Shown: piece after piece, positions 8,656-21,079 of the stretch
Layout of the letters: the number at the start of each line of letters is the position of its first letter
Position numbering within the stretch: the stretch's first letter is position 1
NCBI GenBank assembly: GCA_050955105.1
Contig: JBPBQZ010000002.1
Span: forward strand, 3,206 to 67,205
Direction: 5' to 3'
Length of the DNA: 64,000 bases
Source of the DNA: Janthinobacterium lividum
Lineage (GTDB): Bacteria; Pseudomonadota; Gammaproteobacteria; Burkholderiales; Burkholderiaceae
Position numbers and translations under genes: made by a program
The notes under the pieces: model-generated
What the model saw: only the letters and a program-made list of their open reading frames with translations
Database searches by the model: none
What the model was told of the DNA's origin: nothing

Positions 8656-9540
8656 ATGCGCAACATCGACGAAAATACCATCACGCGGGCGGTCATCGCT
8701 TCGTTCGACAATTGCGAAGATGCGCGGTTGAAAACGGTCATGACCAGTTTGGTCCAGCACCTGCACGCGTTCGCGCGCGAGGTGAACTTAAGCGGCGACG
8801 AGTGGCTCAAGGCCATTTCCTTTCTCACCGAAGCCGGCCACATCACCGACGCTAAACGCCAAGAGTTCATCCTGCTTTCCGACACGCTCGGACTCTCGAT
8901 GCTGGTAACGACCCAGAACAACCGCAAACCCGCCGTCTGCACGGAAGCCACCGTATGGGGGCCATTTTTCGTCGAGAACGCCCCCGTATATCAAAATGGC
9001 GATGACATCTCGGCGGGCGCGCGCGGTGCGCCTTGTTACGTCAGCGGTCAGGTTCGCGGCATCGACGGCGCACCAGTAAGCCAAGCCTGGCTGGACGTCT
9101 GGCAGTCGGACGAAGCAGGCTTTTACGATGTCCAGCGGCCGGTCGATGCGCGCGGCAACAGCACATTGAGCGCCCGCGGGCGCCTCCAGACCGATGCCGA
9201 CGGACGCTTCAATTTCTGGTCGATACTTGCCGAGGCCTATCCCATCCCGCACGACGGCCCGGTCGGTCGCATGCTGCTGGCAGCCGGCCGACATCCATGG
9301 CGGCCCGCCCATCTTCATTTCATGATTCAGGCACCGGGATACGATACATTGGTTACCCATGTGTTCCGCGACGGTGACAAATACCTGGATTCGGATGTCG
9401 TATTCGGCGTGCGCTCGACGCTGATCACCGAATGGGTCCGTCATGAGCCGGGCCTGGCGCCAGACGGCAAGGTAAGGGACGCCACGTGGTACAGCCTCGA
9501 CTACGACTTCGTGCTGAATCCGTCGCGGAGCCCGGCATGA
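8656..9540 (+). CDS. Intradiol ring-cleavage dioxygenase, hydroxyquinol (1,2,4-benzenetriol) 1,2-dioxygenase-like
   Basis: The ORF is trimmed to the in-frame ATG at 8656. The N-terminal catechol-dioxygenase helical domain (LVQHLHAFAREVNLSGDEWLKAISFLT) is followed by the intradiol core (GPFF...WQSDEAGFYD...YPIPHDGPVG...RPAHLHF). The gene sits directly next to a maleylacetate reductase. Confidence 0.8.
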   Translation: MRNIDENTITRAVIASFDNCEDARLKTVMTSLVQHLHAFAREVNLSGDEWLKAISFLTEAGHITDAKRQEFILLSDTLGLSMLVTTQNNRKPAVCTEATVWGPFFVENAPVYQNGDDISAGARGAPCYVSGQVRGIDGAPVSQAWLDVWQSDEAGFYDVQRPVDARGNSTLSARGRLQTDADGRFNFWSILAEAYPIPHDGPVGRMLLAAGRHPWRPAHLHFMIQAPGYDTLVTHVFRDGDKYLDSDVVFGVRSTLITEWVRHEPGLAPDGKVRDATWYSLDYDFVLNPSRSPA

Positions 9541-9606
9541 CGGCACCCAACGCAGTCGAGCGCGTACCATCCGATCAATGCGAACAACTGTCTGTGGAGC
9601 GCGCGC

Positions 9607-10728
9607 GTGGCGAATCTTGATTTCATCTACCAAGCCCGCGCCGGTCGCATCGTATTCGGTGCCGGTAGCCTGCAACATCTCGAACGGGAAATCCTCGCGC
9701 TGGGCGCCGAACGGGCTTTAGTACTTTGCGGTCCGCAACAAAGAGCCGTCGGCGCAGCGGTCGCCCAACGCTTGGGGCATCGCGCCGCGGGTGTCTTCGA
9801 CCGGGCGACCATGCATGTGCCGATGGAACTGGCCAAGCAAGCTCGCGCACTGGCGCGTGAACTGCAAGCGGATTGCGCGATCGCCGTGGGCGGCGGCTCG
9901 ACCATCGGCCTGGGTAAGGCGATCGCGCTGGATGCCGATCTGCCGATTCTCGCAATACCGACGACTTATGCCGGCAGCGAGATGACGGCCATTTTCGGCA
10001 TCACTGAAAACGGCTTGAAAAAAACCGGCACCGATGCGCGCGTGCTGCCGCGTACCGTGATCTACGATCCTGAACTCAGCCTTACGCTGCCCGTGGGCTT
10101 GTCGGTAACCAGCGGCATCAATGCCATCGCGCACGCGGCCGAGGCCCTCTATTCACGCGACGCAAATCCGATAACCAGTCTGATGGCCGAAGAAGGTATT
10201 GCCGCCCTCGCTCGCGCGCTGCCGAAAATCGTCGCCAGACACGACGACCTGGAGGCGCGCTCCGACGCGCTGTACGGCGCCTGGCTATGCGGCACGGTTC
10301 TGGGGAGTGTCGGCATGGCTCTGCATCACAAGCTATGCCATACGCTGGGAGGCAGCTTCAACCTCCCGCACGCAGAGACGCACACCATCGTTCTGCCGCA
10401 CGCGTTGGCCTACAACCAAAGCGCGGCGCCCGCAGCGATGCAGCGTATTGCCCGCGCCATCGGTGCCGAGAATGCGGCGTTGGGCATTTATAAGTTGGCG
10501 CGGGACAACGGCGCACCCGTTGCGCTGCGAGAGATCGGCATGGCGGCAGCGGATATCGAGCGTGCGGCCGATATCGCCAGCGCCAACCCTTACTGGAATC
10601 CACGTCCAATCGAGCGAGATGCGATTCGCGCGCTGATCCAGCGTGCATTCGATGGCGCCGAGCCTGAAATCGGCGACATCGACACCGACACCGGCATCGA
10701 CACGGTCAAAACCAGGATTTATCCGTAA
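9607..10728 (+). CDS. Maleylacetate reductase (iron-containing alcohol dehydrogenase family)
   Basis: The start is a GTG with GGAG 8 nt upstream. The 373-aa protein carries IAVGGGSTIGLGKA and HKLCHTLGGSFNLPHAETH motifs of the Fe-ADH/maleylacetate reductase family. Confidence 0.8.
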   Translation: MANLDFIYQARAGRIVFGAGSLQHLEREILALGAERALVLCGPQQRAVGAAVAQRLGHRAAGVFDRATMHVPMELAKQARALARELQADCAIAVGGGSTIGLGKAIALDADLPILAIPTTYAGSEMTAIFGITENGLKKTGTDARVLPRTVIYDPELSLTLPVGLSVTSGINAIAHAAEALYSRDANPITSLMAEEGIAALARALPKIVARHDDLEARSDALYGAWLCGTVLGSVGMALHHKLCHTLGGSFNLPHAETHTIVLPHALAYNQSAAPAAMQRIARAIGAENAALGIYKLARDNGAPVALREIGMAAADIERAADIASANPYWNPRPIERDAIRALIQRAFDGAEPEIGDIDTDTGIDTVKTRIYP

Positions 10729-10730
10729 AA

Positions 10731-10753
10731 AACCCCGCACAGGGCGGGGTTTC
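10731..10753. terminator. Bidirectional stem-loop between convergent maleylacetate reductase and ssb
   Basis: The sequence AAAACCCCGC-acagg-GCGGGGTTT has A-run/T-run flanks on both strands. Confidence 0.6.
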
Positions 10754-10780
10754 GACGTTCCGGTCTGCGGTTGAGGCAGG

Positions 10781-11299
10781 CTAGAACGGAATATCGTCAT
10801 CCATATCGTCGAAGCCGCCGCCGTTACTGCCGCCGCCACCTGCTGGCGCCTGCCGCGCCGCCGGTGCCGACCGCGCAGGCGCGGAACGCGACCCGCCGCC
10901 GCTTTCGCGTGACGATCCGCCACCCTCATAGTCGCCGCTCGGCGCACCGCCGCCACCCGCACCGCTGCGACCGCCCAACATCTGCATCTGATCGGCGACG
11001 ATTTCGGTCGAATACTTTTCCTGACCGGCCTGATCCTGCCATTTACGCGTGCGAATGCGTCCTTCGATATATACCGACGAACCTTTTTTCAAGTATTCGC
11101 CGGCAATTTCCGCCAGCCGGCCAAAGAAAGCGATGCGATGCCACTCGGTGGCCTCTTTCATCTCACCACTCGCTTTTTCCTTATAGCGATCGGTAGTGGC
11201 CAGTCGAATATTGGTGACGGCGTCACCACTGGGCAAGTAACGCGTTTCCGGGTCGGCGCCAAGATTGCCGACCAGGATTACTTTGTTGACCGATGCCAT
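10781..11299 (-). CDS. ssb: Single-stranded DNA-binding protein
   Basis: The protein has [36 protein letters not shown] (OB fold), a Gly-rich linker and the acidic tip DDDIPF. Confidence 0.95.
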   Translation of the reverse strand: MASVNKVILVGNLGADPETRYLPSGDAVTNIRLATTDRYKEKASGEMKEATEWHRIAFFGRLAEIAGEYLKKGSSVYIEGRIRTRKWQDQAGQEKYSTEIVADQMQMLGGRSGAGGGGAPSGDYEGGGSSRESGGGSRSAPARSAPAARQAPAGGGGSNGGGFDDMDDDIPF

Positions 11300-11418
11300 G
11301 TTTCTCTCCAATTGAATCGGTATGCAGCTTTAAATCGGGCGGTCGTTGCATGCGACAGGTTTCAGCTCTGCAGCGCCAGATCAGGCGAACAGCCAGCGGC
11401 CGGGCTGCTGTGGAACCG

Positions 11419-12621
11419 CTACTCGGCTGTTGGCCTGGCAACCAGTGGTCGCCGGATGCCGGCCGCCACCACGAGCCAGACTACCACTAGCGCGGACACC
11501 GCCAGAAAAACGCTGCGCTGACCTTCACTGTGCAATAACCAGCCGCCCATCGCGCCACCGCAAAACAGGCCAAGCGCCTGAGTCGTGTTGTAAACACCCA
11601 TGGCGGCCCCCTTGCGGGCGCCCGGCGACAGTTTGGAAACCATCGACGGCTGCGAAGCCTCCAGCACGTTGAAACCCGTGAAGTAGATCAGCAGCACCAC
11701 CGCGATAGTCCACAGCGTAGAGGGAAGCTCGGCGAAAGACAATTGGCCGATCAGTATCAGCGCGATCGCACCAATCATGACCTGTTTCATCTTGCCATGC
11801 TTTTCCGCGGCGATGATTGCCGGCACCATCAGCACGAACGAGATGCCCATGATGGGCAGGTAGATTTTCCAGGCGGACGAAACCGGCAGACCTTCGGCCA
11901 CCAGCATGCTCGGCAGCACCACGAACAGCGCAGTTTGCGTGGCATGTAGCACGAATACACCGAAATTCAGCCGGATCAACTCAACGTTGCGCAGCACTTC
12001 GGCAAACGGCGCGCGCTTGATGACGGGCGCATGGGGCGCCTCGGGCACTATCCAGATCACCACGCCGATGGCCACGATAGCCAGCACAGCGATAGCCAGG
12101 AACAGGCCGCTCATGCCCAGCCAGCGATACACCACGGGTGCCGCGATAATGGCGATGGCGAACGAGATGCCGATGCTGCCGCCTACGGTGGCCATGGCCT
12201 TGGTGCGGCTCTGTTCGGTCGTCAGGTCGGCGATGAACGCCGTTACCGCCGACGAAATGGCGCCGGCGCCCTGGATTGCACGGCCGACGATGATCCAGGT
12301 CAGGCTCTGCGAGAGCGCGGCCACCAGGCTGCCCAACGCGAAAATTACCAGGCCGAAGACGATCACGGGCTTGCGGCCGAGTCGATCGGAAGCCCAGCCG
12401 TACGGAATGTAGAAAAGCGATTGGGTAAGGCCGTAGATGCCGATAGCCAGGCCAACCAGAACGGTGTTGTCGCCGCCCGGGATGGTTTTCGCGTAGACCG
12501 AGAAAACCGGCATGATCATGAACAGCCCGAGCATGCGCAACGCGAAAATCGCCGCGAGCGACACGGTCGCACGCCGTTCCGAAGCTGTCATGCGCGATGA
12601 GAGCGCCTTCGATTTGGACAT
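11419..12621 (-). CDS. MFS transporter (12-TMS, YajR-like)
   Basis: The ORF is trimmed to the ATG at 12621 (MSKSKALSSRMTASERRATVSLAAIF...). It carries the motif SDRLGRKPVIVFGL. The upstream 76 codons of the track ORF are Arg/Ala-rich and non-membrane. Confidence 0.8.
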   Translation of the reverse strand: MSKSKALSSRMTASERRATVSLAAIFALRMLGLFMIMPVFSVYAKTIPGGDNTVLVGLAIGIYGLTQSLFYIPYGWASDRLGRKPVIVFGLVIFALGSLVAALSQSLTWIIVGRAIQGAGAISSAVTAFIADLTTEQSRTKAMATVGGSIGISFAIAIIAAPVVYRWLGMSGLFLAIAVLAIVAIGVVIWIVPEAPHAPVIKRAPFAEVLRNVELIRLNFGVFVLHATQTALFVVLPSMLVAEGLPVSSAWKIYLPIMGISFVLMVPAIIAAEKHGKMKQVMIGAIALILIGQLSFAELPSTLWTIAVVLLIYFTGFNVLEASQPSMVSKLSPGARKGAAMGVYNTTQALGLFCGGAMGGWLLHSEGQRSVFLAVSALVVVWLVVAAGIRRPLVARPTAE

Positions 12622-12799
12622 CGCGTTTTTTAGAGTAGAGATGCGCGCGCCCGTGGGAGCGCCTTGATTGAAAGCGCTTCGCGAGCCCGGCCATGCGGCT
12701 TGTTCGTGTCTGGCCCGATCTATCCGATGAGCCCCGGCACCGCGCCTGGGAAAAGTCGCTATAGTAGCAGGTTTGGCCCTCCGCCTATCCCCGAGCTTC

Positions 12800-15826
<3,027 letters not shown>

Positions 15827-15920
15827 GCCGTAAAGGTTTATACCTTACGCAAAAGCCGATTGCCGCTAGCTGAAAGCAGAAGGTTCTGGCACTGTTCGAT
15901 CACAGCAATACGAGGAGACG

Positions 15921-16961
15921 ATGCTGAAAGCCTGGCGCAACACTCGCCCAAGCACCCCGCCGGAAGCCACTTCCGCGGTCGAAATTGCGAGTTTCGTGAT
16001 CGCCGCGGCCGGCTTGGCCGCTGTGATGTTCTTGCATCTGCTCGGCGGCTTTCTCGGTGGCCTGCTTGTCTACCATCTGATTCACTTGCTGGCTCCGCTG
16101 CTCGCGCGTCGGCTGTCGGGTCAGCGTGCACGCTTGATCGCACTGGCGTTGATCGCCTCCATCATCGTCGGGCTGCTGACCTTGGCCACCATCGTTACCA
16201 TCGGCCATTTCAAGCACGAGCCGCTGGTCACACAAATGCTCCTCGACAAGGCCATGGACGTGGTCGACCAGGCGCGCGACCACCTTCCTAACTGGGTGGA
16301 CGACTATCTGCCCGACGATACGGAAGACGTGCGCACAGTCGCCACCCAGTGGATGCACGACCATTCGGGCGATCTGCAACTGGTGGGCCGCGAAGCCGCG
16401 CGTGGTTTTACGCACGTGCTGATCGGCATGATCCTCGGCGCCATCATCGCCATCGATTCAGCGCAGCGCGGCCATCGGATGCCCTTGGCTTCGGCGCTGG
16501 TTACCCGTTCCGTGCGCATCGGCGAAGCATTCCGGCGCATCGTATTCGCGCAGGTGAAGATTTCGGTGGTGAACACAGTCTTCACGGCCATCTTCCTGCT
16601 CGGCGCGTTCCCGCTGTTTCACGAGAAGCTGCCGCTCTCCAAGATCCTGGTGCTGCTGACCTTCGTTTTCGGGCTGTTGCCAGTTATCGGCAATCTGATC
16701 TCGAACGCGCTGATCATCATCGTCGCCTTGTCGGTCAGCCTGCCTGCGACGATTACCGCCATCGTCTTCCTGGTGGTCATCCACAAGCTGGAATATTTCC
16801 TCAACGCGCGCATCATCGGTGGCCAGATCGAGGCGCACGCCTGGGAGTTGCTGTTGGCGATGCTGGTGATGGAGGCGGCCTTCGGGCTGCCGGGCGTGAT
16901 CGCGGCGCCGATCTACTACGCCTATATCAAGCGCGAGTTGCGCGCAAAATGGCTGGTTTGA
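15921..16961 (+). CDS. AI-2E family transporter (second paralog in the window)
   Basis: The 346-aa polytopic protein has a C-terminal LEYFLNARIIGGQIEAHAWELLLAMLVMEAAFGLPGVIAAP pattern typical of PerM/AI-2E permeases. Confidence 0.8.
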   Translation: MLKAWRNTRPSTPPEATSAVEIASFVIAAAGLAAVMFLHLLGGFLGGLLVYHLIHLLAPLLARRLSGQRARLIALALIASIIVGLLTLATIVTIGHFKHEPLVTQMLLDKAMDVVDQARDHLPNWVDDYLPDDTEDVRTVATQWMHDHSGDLQLVGREAARGFTHVLIGMILGAIIAIDSAQRGHRMPLASALVTRSVRIGEAFRRIVFAQVKISVVNTVFTAIFLLGAFPLFHEKLPLSKILVLLTFVFGLLPVIGNLISNALIIIVALSVSLPATITAIVFLVVIHKLEYFLNARIIGGQIEAHAWELLLAMLVMEAAFGLPGVIAAPIYYAYIKRELRAKWLV

Positions 16962-16965
16962 AAAC

Positions 16966-16987
16966 GGCCGGCTCAATTCAGCCGGCC
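16966..16987. terminator. GC-rich hairpin between convergent AI-2E transporter and purU
   Basis: The sequence is GGCCGGC-tcaattca-GCCGGCC. On the minus strand it is followed by GTTTTC. Confidence 0.4.
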
Positions 16988-17036
16988 CGGCCGGCCCGAC
17001 CCACGCAACGCGTTCCAGCGTAATCCGCCGCCGCGT

Positions 17037-17909
17037 TCAGGCGAACACCACGGTTTTATGTCCGTCGATCAGCACGCGGTGCTCCACATGCCATTTCACC
17101 GCGCGCGCCAGCGTCACGCACTCCACGTCCTGGCCAATCGCCGTCAATTGCGCCGGGCTCATGCCATGGTTCACGCGCTCCACTTCCTGCTCGATGATCG
17201 GGCCTTCGTCGAGGTCGGTGGTGACGTAATGAGCGGTCGCACCGATCAGCTTCACGCCACGATCGAATGCCTGGTGATAGGGCTTTGCACCCTTGAAGCT
17301 CGGCAGGAAGGAATGGTGGATATTGATCGCCCTGCCCGCCAGTTCCGCGCATAACACTGGCGACAGAATCTGCATGTAGCGCGCCAGGATGGTCAGATCG
17401 ATGCGCTCGTCCCGCACCAACTGCATGATGCGCGCTTCTTGCTCCCCCTTGCTCATGCCACCATTCTTGCCGTCGATCGGAAAGTAGTGGAAGGGAATCT
17501 CGTACGACGCGGCCAGATCCTTGAAATCCGCATGATTCGAAACGATGGCCGGTATGTCGATCGGCAACTGCCCGGTTCGATGGCGGAACAGTAGATCGTT
17601 CAGGCAATGGCCGATCTTCGACACCATGATCATCACGCGCGGTCGCGTCGCCGCATCATGCAGTTCCCAACGCATTGCAAAGCGCTCGCCGAGACTGGCG
17701 AACGCCCGCCGCAGCGCGAGCTCGGCGTCCGGCGCGCCATACTGGAACTGCACGCGCATGAAAAACTCGCCCGTATCGGCATCGCCGAACTGCGCCGAAT
17801 CGACGATATTCGCGCCGCGCTCATAAAGGAAGCCGGATACGGCATGCACGATGCCCGGCCGATCCGGGCAGGCCAGTGTCAAGATGAATGTGCTTGCTGC
17901 AGCCATCAA
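17037..17909 (-). CDS. purU: Formyltetrahydrofolate deformylase
   Basis: The N-terminal ACT domain (ILTLACPDRPGIVHAVSGFLY) is followed by a formyltransferase core (INIHHSFLPSFKGAKPYHQAF...GATAHYVT). Confidence 0.93.
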   Translation of the reverse strand: MMAAASTFILTLACPDRPGIVHAVSGFLYERGANIVDSAQFGDADTGEFFMRVQFQYGAPDAELALRRAFASLGERFAMRWELHDAATRPRVMIMVSKIGHCLNDLLFRHRTGQLPIDIPAIVSNHADFKDLAASYEIPFHYFPIDGKNGGMSKGEQEARIMQLVRDERIDLTILARYMQILSPVLCAELAGRAINIHHSFLPSFKGAKPYHQAFDRGVKLIGATAHYVTTDLDEGPIIEQEVERVNHGMSPAQLTAIGQDVECVTLARAVKWHVEHRVLIDGHKTVVFA

Positions 17910-17930
17910 AGGGGAACCTGTCGAAGAGAG

Positions 17931-18812
17931 TCAAGACGCCAAGGCAAGAGTGACCCTGGGCGCCTGGAATAGCGTGTTCAATGCCGCGCAAGCGTCGGCG
18001 GCCAGCCAGCCGCGACGCGCCAGGCAGTCGAGCGTGGCGATGCTGGCGTCTACCGTCATAGCTTGCGCAGCGATGATCTGCAGCAGCTCGGGGATGCCGG
18101 CGATGCGATGTTCGGCAACTTCCTGGTCTTGTGCAACCGGCGCGAAGTCGGTCGGCAAAACCAGGTCGTAGATATAAAGCAATTCTTCCTGCGTGCCCTG
18201 CTCGATGCTCGACAGCACATGCGCTACGCGGCCGCGCGTGGCCTGCGCCGCCAACTCGGCGGGAATGCCCGATTCTTCCCATGACTCCTTGATCAAGGTC
18301 TCCCCGATGCCATAGCCCCAGCCGATACCGCCGCCCACCAGCGAGTCGAGCATGCCGGGATCGGTGGGCTTGGCGGCGCTGCGCCGTGCGATCCAAAGGG
18401 CCGGCCCGTCATGCCGTGGTGTCAGGGTGTCGGCGAACAACATGCCGTTCACGTGCACGGCGTAAGTCATGCTGCCGAAAAAGCGCGATGCGGCGCGTTC
18501 GATCAGGGCCAGCGGCGCGTCGTCGAAGCGATTGCGCACTGCAAACGTTTCACCGCGCCAGCCTTTGATATGACCGGTCTGGGCCAACTCGGCGATGACT
18601 TCGGCCAAGGCTTCGCTGCGCGCCGCGCAATCGTGCAATGCAGCGTTCAGCCGTACCGCCGCGCTGTCGATCTCGAACACGGCCGGCCAGCGTTCGAGCA
18701 CGCGCACGTCGCTACGCCGAATCCAGCCTACGCGTTCGGCGCCGACCACCCAGGGCAAATGAGCGGACCGATCGAAGCGACGCGCGGCGGCAATACAAGG
18801 ATAGGATGGCAA
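17931..18812 (-). CDS. NUDIX hydrolase with an N-terminal DUF4743-like domain
   Basis: The 293-aa protein has a Nudix-box-like GGGIGWGYGIGETLIKESWEESGI. Confidence 0.7.
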   Translation of the reverse strand: MPSYPCIAAARRFDRSAHLPWVVGAERVGWIRRSDVRVLERWPAVFEIDSAAVRLNAALHDCAARSEALAEVIAELAQTGHIKGWRGETFAVRNRFDDAPLALIERAASRFFGSMTYAVHVNGMLFADTLTPRHDGPALWIARRSAAKPTDPGMLDSLVGGGIGWGYGIGETLIKESWEESGIPAELAAQATRGRVAHVLSSIEQGTQEELLYIYDLVLPTDFAPVAQDQEVAEHRIAGIPELLQIIAAQAMTVDASIATLDCLARRGWLAADACAALNTLFQAPRVTLALAS

Positions 18813-18865
18813 GACTATTTTCTCGGTAAACGCGCTCCGACCGCGGGGCAGGCGCGCCAGGAATT

Positions 18866-20884
18866 CTACCCTGCCGGCGCACGCTCGCGCCGCGTGCGCG
18901 ACAAACGCTCCTCGGCCTCGGCCAGCGCCTCGGGCAAACCACGCAGCACCACCACGTCGTTCTCGCGCAGCCGTGCGTCGCCGGAAGGTTCGACGCCGCG
19001 AATGCCGTGCCGACGGATCGCCGTCACCTCCACCCGCTGGCCGTCACGATGCCCCCCCAATCCAAGCTCGTCGAGACTTTTTCCAACCGCGTCCGCGTTG
19101 CCGTCGATGCTGACCGACTGCATCCGCGAGCGTTCGCGTTCTGCTTCATCGTCAGCATCGTCGGCGCCGCGAAAATAACCGCGCAACAGGCTGTAGCGCT
19201 CGTCTCGCATCTGTTCGACGCGGCGCAGCACCCGCCGCATTGGCACGCCCATCACCACCAATGCGTGCGAAGCCAGCATCAGGCTGCCTTCGATGATCTC
19301 GGGAATCACCTCGGTCGCGCCCGCCGCCAGCAACTTGCCCAAGTCGGCATCGTCGACAGTGCGCACGATCGCCGGCAGCCCCGCGTGGAGTTCGTGCACA
19401 TGATGCAGCACCTTCAAGGCCGACGGCGTATCCGCGTAAGTCACGGCCACAGCGGCCGCGCGATGGATGCCGGCCGCGATCAAGGATTCGCGCCGCGCCG
19501 CATCGCCGAACACGACCGACTCGCCGGCCGCCGCCGCCGCGCGCACGCGATCCGGATCGAGATCGAGCGCGACGTAGGCGATGCCTTCCTGCTCCAGCAT
19601 CCGCGCCAGGTTCTGACCCGAGCGGCCATAGCCGCAAATGATCACGTGCCCGCTGGTCTTGATGGTCTGCGTGGCGATGCGCGTCATCTGCAGCGACTGC
19701 CGCAGCCATTCCGACGACGAAAGCCTGAGCACGATGCGATCGGCGTTCTGGATCAGGAAAGGCGCCAACAGCATCGACAACAACATCGACGCGAGAATGA
19801 TTTCCGAGAACACCGGATCGACCAGACTCTTGTCCGAAATCAGCGCCATCAAGACGAAGCCGAATTCACCCGCCTGCGCCAGTCCCAAGCCGGTGCGCAT
19901 GGCCACGCCCGGCGATGCGCCGAAAATGCGCGCCAGACCGGTGATCAACACCATCTTCAGCAGCACCGGGGCAACCAGCAACAACGCCACCAACAAGGGG
20001 TGCTGCCAGACCACGAGCGGGTCGAGCAGCATGCCGGTCGTCACAAAGAAAAGCCCCAGCAGCACGTCGCGAAACGGCTTGATGTCTTCTTCCACCTGAT
20101 GCCGGTAAGGCGTTTCGGCGATCAGCACCCCGGCCATGAACGCGCCGAGTGCCATCGACAGCCCCAGCGATTCAGTAATGAAGGCTGCACCCAGCGTCAC
20201 CAGCAGCAGGTTCAGCATGAACAATTCCTGCGAACGGCGCCGCGCCACCAAATTGAACCAGGCGCTCAGCAGCGGCCGTCCAAGGCGCAGCACCAGCGCC
20301 AACGCCACAGTGATCTTGATAGCGGCCAAACCCAGCGCATAAGCCAGATCGGCCGGCTTCTTGCCCAGCGCGGCAATGACAATCAGCAGCGGCACCACCG
20401 CCAGATCCTGGAACAGCAGCACGCCGATGATATTGCGGCCGTGCTCCGACTCCAGTTCGAGCCGTTCCGCCAGCAGCTTGCTGACGATTGCGGTAGACGA
20501 CATGGCCAGCGCACCACCCAGCGCCAGGCTCGCCTGCCAAGTCAATGTGAAGAAAAAGCGAATGCCGAAGCCCGCAATCATGGCCGCCGCGATCGTCAAT
20601 ACCACCTGCGAAAGCCCTAGCCCGAAGACGATGCGCTTCATCGAACGCAGCCGCGCCAGCGAGAACTCGAGGCCGATCGAGAACATCAGGAACACCACGC
20701 CGAACTCGGCCAACGACTGCAGTTGCGACGAATCGCTTCCGCCCAGACCCAGCGCATGCGGGCCGATGACGATGCCGACCGCCAGGTAGCCCAGCATCGG
20801 CGGCAAATTCAAGGAACGGAAGATCACCACCCCGGCCACCGCGGCGATCAACAGCAGCAAAGTCAGTTCAAGCGTCGAAACCAT
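18866..20884 (-). CDS. Monovalent cation:proton antiporter-2 (CPA2) family protein with RCK (TrkA-N/TrkA-C) domains, KefB/YbaL-like
   Basis: The 672-aa protein has an N-terminal Na+/H+ exchanger membrane domain, then VIICGYGRSGQNLARML (Rossmann RCK-N) and a C-terminal TrkA-C-like segment. Confidence 0.88.
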   Translation of the reverse strand: MVSTLELTLLLLIAAVAGVVIFRSLNLPPMLGYLAVGIVIGPHALGLGGSDSSQLQSLAEFGVVFLMFSIGLEFSLARLRSMKRIVFGLGLSQVVLTIAAAMIAGFGIRFFFTLTWQASLALGGALAMSSTAIVSKLLAERLELESEHGRNIIGVLLFQDLAVVPLLIVIAALGKKPADLAYALGLAAIKITVALALVLRLGRPLLSAWFNLVARRRSQELFMLNLLLVTLGAAFITESLGLSMALGAFMAGVLIAETPYRHQVEEDIKPFRDVLLGLFFVTTGMLLDPLVVWQHPLLVALLLVAPVLLKMVLITGLARIFGASPGVAMRTGLGLAQAGEFGFVLMALISDKSLVDPVFSEIILASMLLSMLLAPFLIQNADRIVLRLSSSEWLRQSLQMTRIATQTIKTSGHVIICGYGRSGQNLARMLEQEGIAYVALDLDPDRVRAAAAAGESVVFGDAARRESLIAAGIHRAAAVAVTYADTPSALKVLHHVHELHAGLPAIVRTVDDADLGKLLAAGATEVIPEIIEGSLMLASHALVVMGVPMRRVLRRVEQMRDERYSLLRGYFRGADDADDEAERERSRMQSVSIDGNADAVGKSLDELGLGGHRDGQRVEVTAIRRHGIRGVEPSGDARLRENDVVVLRGLPEALAEAEERLSRTRRERAPAG

Positions 20885-21064
20885 CGGAAATACGCATCAT
20901 CCAAAGCACATGGGGATGCCGCCGTAAGCCGCCCGGCGGGAGGAGATCAAGACACAGGGGATACGCCTTCCGTCGGTCGCATGAATTACCAAGGCCGGGG
21001 AAATGGTGGGTAACACGGCGGCGAAACCCGAAGCGCTGGCGCCACCGACGGCGCGGAGAGGCTT

Positions 21065-21073
21065 TGTTATACT
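21065..21073 (+). promoter_or_regulatory. Candidate extended -10 element (TGtTATACT) abutting the kdsD start codon
   Basis: TGTTATACT ends 6 nt before the ATG at 21080. There is no SD within 5-12 nt of the ATG, and the -35 (CCGACG) is poor. Confidence 0.3.
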
Positions 21074-21079
21074 CCGCGA

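Noticed and set aside
19007-20620. 537-aa plus-strand ORF.
   Set aside because: It is antisense to the CPA2 antiporter gene. Its extreme Arg/His/Gln composition has no domain-like features.
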